Positions 41,644 to 49,533 of a stretch of DNA of 64,000 nucleotides are shown piece by piece. The DNA lies in the NCBI GenBank assembly GCA_964605715.1, contig CAZSDV010000002.1, forward strand, positions 167-64,166, given 5' to 3'. The stretch is from an uncultured Acidobacteriota bacterium. GTDB taxonomy: Bacteria > Acidobacteriota > Terriglobia > UBA7540 > JAPUME01. Below the pieces are notes generated by a model. It searched no databases. It was not told where the DNA came from and saw only the letters and a program-made list of their open reading frames with translations. The stretch's first letter is position 1; each line of letters opens with the position of its first letter. The translations under genes were made by a program, and so were the position numbers.

Positions 41644-43188
41644 ATGGCAAGGACTGAAATGAATCGCAGAGATTTTCTAACGCATGCAGCTATCGCAAGC
41701 CCAGTAGCAGCAATGCTCACAGGGAGGCGCACCGCGACGGCTGCTGCTCTCCTTAAAGTTGGGTATGCCGAGACAGACATCACCCCAGACATCGGAATGG
41801 AGCAGCCAGGTGGATACGGCAAGGTTTACCACCAGAGCTTCCATGATCCATGCAAGGTCCGGGCAGCAGTATTCGATGATGGATCGAAGCGCGTGGCATT
41901 GGTAGGAACGGATACCCTGATGATTCCGCGCCATTTGGTGTTAACAGTCCGAAAGGCAATCGAGCACGAAACAGGGATCGCTGGTAAAGCAATCCTGATT
42001 GGAGCTTCACACTCGCACTCGTCTGGGCCGATTGGAATGGTACAACCGGGCGACTATGATCATGCTTCAGAACTTGTTCGGAAGCTGGCTTACGAGCAGT
42101 CGTCAGCAGCCGATCCTGGATTCTTGAAGTATGTGGAAAAACAGATTATATCGGCCGTTTTGCAAGCCAACGGCCATCGGCGAGCACTAGCTTGCGGCGT
42201 GGGATCAGGATACGAAAAAGAGGCAGCATTTAACCGCCGCTTTCGGATGACGAACGGCCAGACACATACACACCCGCGCCAAGGAAATCCAAATATCATC
42301 CGGCCAGCAGGACCAACAGATCCTGAGGTCGGTGTAATCGGCACTTTTGACGAAAACAGCAACCTAGTCGGCTGTATTGTGAATTACGCCTGTCATGCAA
42401 CGACGAGTCCCGGTGGTATCTCGGCTAACTGGATCTATTACCTGGAGAAGACAATCCGAGGTGTTTTCGGGAATGATGTGGTTGTCATTTTTTTAGCTGG
42501 AGCGAATGGAGACATTACGCAGGTCAACAACTTAAGTCCTTATGCGAATCCGAAACCTGAGGAATGGGCAAGGCTAGTAGGGGCACGCGTGGGTGCAGAG
42601 ACGGTAAAAGTCTTAGTCTCAATGCACACGGGAGCAATGGGACCGGTTAACTCAGCGATCGAACTACTAAAGATCTCTCGTCGGGCGCCAAGTCTAGAAC
42701 ACCTAAATAAATCGATCGAGTTGGTGAAGCGGGGATCAGAGAACGTCAACCAAACGGAGTGGATATTTGCAAAGGAAATCGTGATGCTAAATGCTCTAAT
42801 CACTAAAACCCCAGAAGTCGATACTGAAGTACAAGCCATCCAGATAGGACCAGTAGTATTCGTGAGTAATCCTGCGGAGTATTTTGTGGAGTATGGCCTG
42901 AATATCAAAAAGCACAGTAAGTTCCCTTACACCTATCCAGTGGAATTAGCAAACGGCTGCGTAGGTTACGTTCCCACGGAAGAAGCTCTTAGTAAAACCG
43001 GCGGCGGATATGAAACGCGGCTGACGAGTTACAGTAATCTCGAGCGGACTGCCGGGAGTAAAATTGCCAAGGCTGGGGTGCGCTTAGCAAACAACCTGAA
43101 GCCCGGAAAGGCTCCAACGCGACCACCTCATGCGCCGTTTGAGGGAAAGAGCTGGTCCTACGGAAACAAGCCTGCGGAATTAAAATAG
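41644..43188 (+). CDS. neutral/alkaline ceramidase N-terminal-domain-like hydrolase, Tat-exported
   Basis: 514 aa. Tat signal MNRRDFLTHAAIA. VGYAETDITPDIGMEQPGGYG...HDPCKVRAAVFDDG..RVALVGTD and GASHSHSSGP resemble the ceramidase N-domain pattern as I remember it. Substrate not established. Confidence 0.55.
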   Translation: MARTEMNRRDFLTHAAIASPVAAMLTGRRTATAAALLKVGYAETDITPDIGMEQPGGYGKVYHQSFHDPCKVRAAVFDDGSKRVALVGTDTLMIPRHLVLTVRKAIEHETGIAGKAILIGASHSHSSGPIGMVQPGDYDHASELVRKLAYEQSSAADPGFLKYVEKQIISAVLQANGHRRALACGVGSGYEKEAAFNRRFRMTNGQTHTHPRQGNPNIIRPAGPTDPEVGVIGTFDENSNLVGCIVNYACHATTSPGGISANWIYYLEKTIRGVFGNDVVVIFLAGANGDITQVNNLSPYANPKPEEWARLVGARVGAETVKVLVSMHTGAMGPVNSAIELLKISRRAPSLEHLNKSIELVKRGSENVNQTEWIFAKEIVMLNALITKTPEVDTEVQAIQIGPVVFVSNPAEYFVEYGLNIKKHSKFPYTYPVELANGCVGYVPTEEALSKTGGGYETRLTSYSNLERTAGSKIAKAGVRLANNLKPGKAPTRPPHAPFEGKSWSYGNKPAELK

Positions 43189-43231
43189 TTGAGTTCTCCT
43201 GGCCAGCCCCGACTCATATCTCCTCCACTCC

Positions 43232-43493
43232 TTGTCAACCAGACCTAGTTAGCTAGAAAAAGAATTATGATATCTTAATGCCTTCATCAGCATTGTTAAG
43301 TTACTCATAGAGTTTCCTCACTCCCCCATAAAATAGTTGTGTTATAATGCGCCTGCAGTTTGTTGTTGTAATTCCGATGAGCATCACATCAGATTTAAGA
43401 GTAGTTCCTTCTATTGCTCCTCCCTTTTGTGACCTGCGGTATTACAGCGGGTCGTCCGGTGAATGCCTGCAACCTTAATACGAATTGCCAAAT
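43232..43493. repeat. 262-bp perfect inverted repeat, copy A (csp promoter plus 5' leader)
   Basis: Base-by-base comparison by eye: 43232-43493 equals the reverse complement of 61243-61504 with no mismatch seen. Identity stops 22 nt before the csp ATG on one side and at TTGTCAACC on the other. Confidence 0.9.
43340..43348 (+). promoter_or_regulatory. extended -10 promoter element (TGTTATAAT) for the cold-shock gene
   Basis: TGn-TATAAT at 43340-43348 with no good -35. Predicts a 5' UTR of roughly 160 nt, similar in length to the E. coli cspA leader. The mirrored copy lies at about 61388-61396 on the minus strand. Confidence 0.45.
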
Positions 43494-43515
43494 CAATTAA
43501 AAGGATGTTTTCAGA

Positions 43516-43725
43516 ATGAGTGATAAAGAGCAAGGAACAGTAAAATGGTTTAAATCCGAAAAAGGTTACGGGTTTATCCAACGGGAAGCTGGTGACGACG
43601 TTTTTGTTCATTTTTCGGCCATTCAGGGTGACGGCTATCGTACCCTCGAAGAGGGCGACAGAGTGAGCTTTGAGGTCACCAAGGGACCTAAGGGCCTGCA
43701 AGCAGCCAACGTCGAGCGAGCTTAA
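43516..43725 (+). CDS. cold-shock protein (CspA family)
   Basis: 69 aa. RNP1 KGYGFI and RNP2 VFVHFSAI. Confidence 0.95.
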   Translation: MSDKEQGTVKWFKSEKGYGFIQREAGDDVFVHFSAIQGDGYRTLEEGDRVSFEVTKGPKGLQAANVERA

Positions 43726-43744
43726 TCAGAGCGTGGGCAAAAAA

Positions 43745-43770
43745 GGCGACCCTTTTGGGTCGCCTTTTTT
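43745..43770 (+). terminator. intrinsic terminator after csp
   Basis: GGCGACCC-UUUU-GGGUCGCC followed by a U6 run. The A-run upstream makes it potentially bidirectional. Confidence 0.85.
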
Positions 43771-43990
43771 ATTTCACCCCAGAAATAACTTTAAATCAAA
43801 TTTACCATACTCCATTTAGAAAATACGGCTCGGTGCCTGACCATGTTCTGGTTTATGTGGCCGTTTCCAAATCCAGAGAGATTTAATGAGGAAGCAGAGA
43901 GTCTACAGTCGGGTCAATTTGGGTATTATTCCTCTTACGCTCGCAATCGTAATGTGCGGTTCGATCGAGCAAAGGAGAGAAAGGGATGGA

Positions 43991-44428
43991 ATGATAATCT
44001 CAACAGGCAATAAAGTTTCCATCGAGTACACGCTATCCCTGGAAGACAAAACTGTGGTCGACACCAACGTAGGATCACAACCCTTAACCTACATTCATGG
44101 ATCTTACCAGATTGTCCGGGGGCTAGAAGAAGGGTTAGGGGGGTTGAAAGTCGGGGACACTAAGCAGGTTACCGTTCAAGCTGAGGAAGGTTATGGTGCT
44201 ATCAATCCGGATGCCTTTCGAGAAGTCGATAAAGAGGAGATCCCACTTGAAAGTCGAGAAGTTGGTGCAAAGCTACGGGGCCGTGATACTGCTGGCAGAA
44301 ATCTTGAAATTCAAGTGGCAGAAGTAAGGAATAAGACGGTTCTCCTAGATTTTAACCATCCCCTTGCTGGCAAAACCCTCTATTTTGAAATCAAGGTGCT
44401 TGACATCGCCAAGCAACCTGTCCAGTAA
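43991..44428 (+). CDS. FKBP-type peptidyl-prolyl cis-trans isomerase (SlyD-like)
   Basis: VSIEYTL...VD, an IF-type insertion, and LDFNHPLAGKTLYFEIKVLDI. ATG at 43991 is preceded by AAGGAGAG. The 35 extra codons in the ORF track lack support. Confidence 0.85.
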   Translation: MIISTGNKVSIEYTLSLEDKTVVDTNVGSQPLTYIHGSYQIVRGLEEGLGGLKVGDTKQVTVQAEEGYGAINPDAFREVDKEEIPLESREVGAKLRGRDTAGRNLEIQVAEVRNKTVLLDFNHPLAGKTLYFEIKVLDIAKQPVQ

Positions 44429-44562
44429 GCTCCCTGCTGCAGCCTCAGCCGAAACAAAAATCCCAGCGGGAGCCCCCTGAATCAATGAACTAGCAAATGG
44501 GAAAGCATGGGTATTCATATGTCTCACGTACCTTGTGAAGTAACTAGGCGAGGTTCATGGAA

Positions 44563-45081
44563 CTACTGTCCTAGGCTGTGACACAGGTGGCACTCGTTTG
44601 AAACCTTTCTGGAGAAATGGCAGCTCATACAGCTATTCATTCTCGTCGAAACTTCTCTGGCCAGTACATCACTTTGTTCAACCCTACCGTGGCAGGCGGA
44701 GCACTTCTCTCCAGCATTCAAATGGTTGACATGACTAAAGAAAACAAAGTGTGGAACCTGATAGATGCGTACCCATTTCACCTGCTGCCCTCGTTGGTCG
44801 AATTCCGCTAACTTCTTGAGCTCAGGATGGGTGGCACGGCTGGAAGCATGGCAAAGCACACATTGTTCAACGTTAGGAATACCTGCTCGGTCTTTGCTGT
44901 TTGCATCAGCATGGCAGGTTTGGCAAGGGAGGCCAGCCGTAGCATGCTTCTTGTGGCTGAAGGAGATGGGTTGCGAATCCACCCGCATAGGGAGCTTTTC
45001 TTCTTTTCCTTTATAGGACTTTGGTTCTTGGCCAAAAGAAGCCGTTACCATTACGCAAACGAGAAGGTTTCTTAGAAACAA
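44563..45081 (-). CDS. pentaheme c-type cytochrome (cytochrome c3/c7 family)
   Basis: Five CxxCH motifs (CQTCH, CVLCH, CSACH, CMSCH, CHLCH) plus FSHKKH. Start uncertain. The TTG at 45081 has a GGAGA RBS and gives a clean signal peptide (M)FLRNLLVCVMVTASFG. The ORF track extends to 45282. Confidence 0.8.
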   Translation of the reverse strand: MFLRNLLVCVMVTASFGQEPKSYKGKEEKLPMRVDSQPISFSHKKHATAGLPCQTCHADANSKDRAGIPNVEQCVLCHASSRATHPELKKLAEFDQRGQQVKWVRIYQVPHFVFFSHVNHLNAGEKCSACHGRVEQSDVLAREVSTRMNSCMSCHFSRKVSNECHLCHSLGQ

Positions 45082-45324
45082 CCATCTCCAGTTGCTCCCT
45101 CTGAGTTGGTAGCAATAATTTGAGACCCATGCCTTGTAAACCAGGCAGTTAGGCCATAATCTCAGCGGGCTCGACATGCTAAGCGCAGCGAAGAATCTCA
45201 TCCAGACCACAAAACATAAAAAATTAAATTCTTTGTTTTTTCTAGTATGTTCCCAGGCCTCGCCTGTAACTTTAGTTATCAATGCAACAATAGACTCTTT
45301 TGAAATATTACGTCCACCCCGAAA

Positions 45325-47289
45325 CTACGGAAGGGAAAACACCATGAGCTTCCCGGAGAAATTCTCATTGTACTTATTTCCTCCTCCGGCAGCGATTACG
45401 ACGAACTGTTTACCAGTTTTCCTGCCCAGGAAGGTCATTGGGGAAGCGTGGCCACTGGCCGGAAGGTGCGTCACCCATAGTTGCTCTCCTGTATCTTTGT
45501 CAAAGGCGCGAAATCGCTCGTCGTTAGTTGCGGCGATAAAGACGAGGCCTCCTGCAGTCACAATAGAACCTCCAATATTTGGAGTTCCGGTCTTGGGGAC
45601 TCCTTGCGCCTTGAGTTCATCAAACTCACCGAGCGGCACACGCCACTGAAATTCACCTGAGATCAGATCGATCGCTGTTAAGGATCCCCAGGGAGGCTTT
45701 TGGCAGGGGTACTTGTTGGTATCCCAGAACCGCCCTCGGAGTGCGCGCACAGCGTACGGAAGCATCGAACCTTCAGGTCGCTTGACCATTCGGAATAGGC
45801 CACCGACATCCATCGAATTAACGTATAATACGTGGTTCAAAGGGTCAAACGAGCCCCCACCCCAGTTTGCCCCACCATTCGTTCCCGGAAACATAACTGT
45901 GGTACGTTCACTGACAGGATGGTAAAGGCTTTTGGGTAAAATGGCATCTTGGATCAATCCTAGGCATTCTTTCTTAGATTCCTCCGTTACCTCAGTTAAT
46001 TCATCATGAGTCATAAACTGTCGAGCAAAAGGTGGTGGTTTCACCGGAAAGGGCTGTGTGCGCGAGGTTTTTTCCCCAGGAACATTTGATTGCGGAACGA
46101 GCCTCTCCTCTACATCGAATAGTGGCTTACCCGTGACTCGATCCAGCAAGAAAAGAAACCCAGTCTTCGTGATCTGGGCGATGGCCTGTACCTCTCTACC
46201 GTCGCGGGGCACGCTCACAAGTATTGGCTGTGCCGGTAAATCATAATCCCAAATATTGTGGTGGACCGTCTGGAAGTGCCACTCTCGCTTGCCAGTTTTA
46301 CAATTCAGTGCCACAACACTATCGCCAAAAAGGTTTGCTCCTTTTCGGTCACCTCCGAAAAAATCGTAAGATGGTGAGGTAAGCGGCACGAAAACTGTCC
46401 CTTTTCGCTCATCAACACTTAATATCGACCAAGCATTAACGCCTCCCCGGTCCTTCCATGAATCCACTTCCCAGGTATCATGGCCGAATTCCCCCGGACG
46501 AGGAACGGTATGGAACCGCCAAAGCTGCTTTCCTGTTCGAGCATCCCATGCGCGAATATCTCCGCTCGGTCCCCGTGGCCGCCCGTCGCTTACCAGGCCG
46601 CCCGCAATAACGATGTTTCCACATACGGCCACCGGTGATGTCAATTGGTAGTGACCCTCAGGAAAGTTTTCTGTGATTCCCCGCTTGAGATCAAGCATTC
46701 CACCTTTACCGAACTCTGGGTCGGGTCTCCCTGTAACAACATCGATAGCGAAAAGCCGACCCTCCATATCGCCGAGGAATATTCGTTTCCGTTTTCCATC
46801 ACTCCAGTAAGCTACCCCACGATTTATGAAGAGATTGCCACGCATCATCTTGTTGATCTTTGGGTCAAATTGCCACAGCTCTTTACCTGTTTCTGCCTCA
46901 AGAGCGATCAGGCGAGAGAAAGGCGTAGTAATATACATGATCCCGTCCATCACGAGCGGAGTGGCTTCAAAAGTTGATCGAATAAGATTCACGGTACCGT
47001 CACTGAAATCTCCTGTATCGTAGATCCAAGCAACCCGGAGCTTAGCCACATTGCCTTTGTTGATTTGCTCGAGTGGAGAGTATCTTTGGCCACCGGGATT
47101 GCCTCCATACGCTGGCCACTCTTGAGAAAGAACGTGGGTGGGGCCCAGGTATACTATTAAAACAATTAGAACGACCCTAGAAAGAGAGAGACCGCCATGA
47201 ATTTTTGGGATAAATCCTAAAAGCGAGCCAGAAAAGCAGGTTTTACGATTTTTCCGTAAGCTTGCATAACTACCGACATAGTTGTTCAA
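45325..47289 (-). CDS. PQQ-dependent dehydrogenase (eight-bladed propeller quinoprotein)
   Basis: 654 aa. Signal/anchor segment, WPAYGGNPGGQRYSPL N-terminal motif, and repeated W-containing propeller motifs. No fused heme domain. TTG start. Confidence 0.85.
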   Translation of the reverse strand: MNNYVGSYASLRKNRKTCFSGSLLGFIPKIHGGLSLSRVVLIVLIVYLGPTHVLSQEWPAYGGNPGGQRYSPLEQINKGNVAKLRVAWIYDTGDFSDGTVNLIRSTFEATPLVMDGIMYITTPFSRLIALEAETGKELWQFDPKINKMMRGNLFINRGVAYWSDGKRKRIFLGDMEGRLFAIDVVTGRPDPEFGKGGMLDLKRGITENFPEGHYQLTSPVAVCGNIVIAGGLVSDGRPRGPSGDIRAWDARTGKQLWRFHTVPRPGEFGHDTWEVDSWKDRGGVNAWSILSVDERKGTVFVPLTSPSYDFFGGDRKGANLFGDSVVALNCKTGKREWHFQTVHHNIWDYDLPAQPILVSVPRDGREVQAIAQITKTGFLFLLDRVTGKPLFDVEERLVPQSNVPGEKTSRTQPFPVKPPPFARQFMTHDELTEVTEESKKECLGLIQDAILPKSLYHPVSERTTVMFPGTNGGANWGGGSFDPLNHVLYVNSMDVGGLFRMVKRPEGSMLPYAVRALRGRFWDTNKYPCQKPPWGSLTAIDLISGEFQWRVPLGEFDELKAQGVPKTGTPNIGGSIVTAGGLVFIAATNDERFRAFDKDTGEQLWVTHLPASGHASPMTFLGRKTGKQFVVIAAGGGNKYNENFSGKLMVFSLP

Positions 47290-47423
47290 AACTATTTGCT
47301 CCGACTGCTTTTTAGGAGATTAGCCTGGTCAGTCGGCAGAAATACTAGACGAGCAGGCAGAAGTTTTCAAGTCTAGTTGGATATTTTTTCGAGTAAGAAG
47401 TTTTCAGCCTCCGAATTTCCCGC

Positions 47424-47452
47424 TTGACTCCTGATCCCACATTCGGTTAATA
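47424..47452 (+). promoter_or_regulatory. promoter of the riboswitch-btuF-cobO transcript
   Basis: TTGACT (47424-47429), 17 bp spacer, TTAATA (47447-47452), just upstream of the aptamer. Confidence 0.45.
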
Positions 47453-47462
47453 ATGACCGCGA

Positions 47463-47610
47463 ACTTGGTACCAACGGGAAGCCGGTGAAAAACCGGCACG
47501 GCCCCGCCACTGTGAGCGTAGAGGGCCGGAGCAGTACGGGCCACTGGGGTAAATACCCTGGGAAGGCAGCTCTGGTTCAATGAAGCGCAAGTCAGGAGAC
47601 CGACCAAGTA
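47463..47610 (+). promoter_or_regulatory. cobalamin (AdoCbl) riboswitch
   Basis: Core GGUACCAACGGGAAGCCGGUGAAAAACCGGCACGGCCCCGCCACUGUGAGCG, B12 box GGGCCACUGG...CCCUGGGAAGGC, AGUCAGGAGACCGACC, and P1 ACUUGGU/ACCAAGU. Upstream of B12-binding and salvage genes. Confidence 0.9.
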
Positions 47611-47856
47611 ATCCCCAAGCTTGAATCGACCTCGAAGGGGGTGTCGATGAGCATTCTTTACCCTTCATTTTAAAACTTTGGTAAGAGCGCTCTTGCTATC
47701 TTCCCTCGGGAAGTTAGCTTTGTGGATTCCTGGAATATCGGAAGAAGGAAAGGTCATCCCCCTAATACCAGGAAGTCCAGTTGAGGAAAAGGCTAATACA
47801 TGCAAATCCTAGATTTCCATCGTGAGCTTGTGGCATATCCGACGCCGGGTGCATAA

Positions 47857-48741
47857 ATGAAAAAATCAACTAGAAATATGGTGTGGGTTGCGTTGATTTT
47901 CGTTGCTGGCACACAGGGAATGTTCGCTCGCAAACTGACGGATGCATTGAATCGCACTGTAAATCTTCCGGATCGTCCTCAAAGAATTGTTTGTCTTTCC
48001 CCAAGCCTCGCAGAAACAGTTTTCGCATTGGGACTTGACGAATTCGTGGTTGGAGTAACCGATTTTACTGAATACCCACCAAGTGTACCCAGCAAGCCCA
48101 GTGTGGGCGAATTGGTAAATCCGTCTATAGAGAGGCTCATTTCACTTCAACCCGACCTGGTCCTGGCAGAAATGGGCCTGAATCGGCCCGGCTTGATCAT
48201 TCAATTGGAACATCTTGGAATTCCCGTTTTCGTTTTTAATCCACAGAGCTTGAATGAAGTCCTAATAACCATTCAGCAGATCGGTGACATTTTAAATCGG
48301 ACCTCTGAGGCACAGAACCTGGTTAAGCTGTTAATGGAAAGGCGCCAGGAAGTACACCGAAAGGTAAGTAAATTCCCACGGCCAAGGGTCCTTATGGTGG
48401 TCTGGTATTCACCGGTCATCACAGCTGGAGGCAAGGCGTTTGTTACAGATGTGATTTCAGCAGCAGGTGGAGAATCAGTCACGGCGAACATCCCTCAAGC
48501 CTGGCCACAGATAAGCCTTGAAGAAGTTCTACGCCGTGAACCGGATATTCTACTCCTTGTGCAAGGACCTCATGGTGGAATGACGCTTGAGGAGTTAAGA
48601 AACCACGAGGGGTGGAGTCGACTAGGCGCTGTTATCCAAAATCGAGTGGTTTATATGGGTCAGAATATGGAACACCCTAGTCCTCTCGTTTTTGATGCTC
48701 TAGAAGAATTGGCAAGAAAGCTTCATCCAAAAGCATTTTAA
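47857..48741 (+). CDS. btuF: cobalamin/siderophore-type ABC transporter periplasmic binding protein (BtuF-like)
   Basis: 294 aa. Signal peptide. PBP type 8 pattern PQRIVCLSPSLAETVFALG. Riboswitch and btuCD context. Confidence 0.8.
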   Translation: MKKSTRNMVWVALIFVAGTQGMFARKLTDALNRTVNLPDRPQRIVCLSPSLAETVFALGLDEFVVGVTDFTEYPPSVPSKPSVGELVNPSIERLISLQPDLVLAEMGLNRPGLIIQLEHLGIPVFVFNPQSLNEVLITIQQIGDILNRTSEAQNLVKLLMERRQEVHRKVSKFPRPRVLMVVWYSPVITAGGKAFVTDVISAAGGESVTANIPQAWPQISLEEVLRREPDILLLVQGPHGGMTLEELRNHEGWSRLGAVIQNRVVYMGQNMEHPSPLVFDALEELARKLHPKAF

Positions 48742-48759
48742 CCAGATTGAGGTGGAGAT

Positions 48760-49317
48760 ATGAAAAAGAAAATCACGCGGGTTGGTAGCTCAGCAAGAAA
48801 GCAGAAAGGGCTAATCATAGTAAATACAGGAGATGGAAAGGGCAAGACCAGTGCGGCCTTAGGAGTGGCCCTGCGAGCTTCAGGCTACGGTATGAAAGTG
48901 GCTATGATCCAGTTCTTTAAGGGAAAGTGGAAGTACGGCGAACTTAGAAGTGCTCCGAAGCTTGAAACTTTTGAAATCCTGCCTATGGGTAAGGGGTTTA
49001 CCTGGGAAAGTGACGATATCGAGATCGACAAGAACATGGTTCGAGCCGCATGGCAAGAAGCCAAGAAACGTATACATTCGGGAGAATACAAAGTGTTTAT
49101 TCTGGATGAGATCAACTACGCGCTAAGCTATGGGTATCTTCCGGTTGATGACGTCATTAATTGCCTAAAGACCAAGCCCCCAATGCTCCACATCATTCTA
49201 ACCGGACGGGATGCAAAACCTGAAATTATTGAAGTGGCAGATCTTGTAACAGAAATGCGCGAAGTTAAGCATCCATTTTCACGGGGAATTTCGGCTCAAA
49301 AAGGAATCGAGTTCTAG
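48760..49317 (+). CDS. cobO: cob(I)yrinic acid a,c-diamide adenosyltransferase (CobO/BtuR type)
   Basis: 185 aa. P-loop TGDGKGKTSAALG and the ILDEINYAL and VKHPF motifs. Confidence 0.88.
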   Translation: MKKKITRVGSSARKQKGLIIVNTGDGKGKTSAALGVALRASGYGMKVAMIQFFKGKWKYGELRSAPKLETFEILPMGKGFTWESDDIEIDKNMVRAAWQEAKKRIHSGEYKVFILDEINYALSYGYLPVDDVINCLKTKPPMLHIILTGRDAKPEIIEVADLVTEMREVKHPFSRGISAQKGIEF

Positions 49318-49346
49318 GCTTGTTGCGTTAGGAAGAACACAAAAAC

Positions 49347-49495
49347 TCGCCGGCAGGATGAATGAAAAGCGCAGTGAAATTCCGCTACTGCCGCTAACTG
49401 TAAGCAACGGTCAAATCTGCAAAACCACTACCCGCAAAGGTGGAAAAAATGGGTATTCCGAAACGTTGCAAGTTGAGGGACTGGTCCCGTTGGCA
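49347..49495 (+). promoter_or_regulatory. second, divergent cobalamin-riboswitch-like element
   Basis: GCAGUGAAAUUCCGCUACUGCCGCUAACUGUAAGC parallels the GGUGAAAUCC...CCCGC.ACUGUAA core, and ACCACUACCC...GGUGGAAAA parallels the B12 box. Several normally invariant positions differ. Located directly upstream of the TonB receptor-btuC-btuD genes. Confidence 0.5.
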
Positions 49496-49533
49496 TATCC
49501 CCAGTCCTCTCTTCCGAGGGTGAAAGAGCACGC

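Noticed and set aside
43232-43493. The 262-bp repeat as a MITE or other mobile element
   Set aside because: It has no terminal inverted repeats or target-site duplications. Both copies sit in the same position relative to a csp start codon and carry a promoter, so a regulatory module is the simpler explanation.
43411-43701. 96-aa ORF antisense to the first csp gene, and its mirror, the 122-aa ORF at 60973-61341
   Set aside because: Both lie opposite strongly supported csp genes and the shared leader. They exist twice only because the region is an inverted repeat. They have no family resemblance or RBS.
47404-47668. Two overlapping minus-strand ORFs (67 and 73 aa), and the 62-aa ORF at 49358-49546
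   Set aside because: They lie entirely within the cobalamin riboswitch elements. GC-rich structured RNA commonly yields spurious ORFs.
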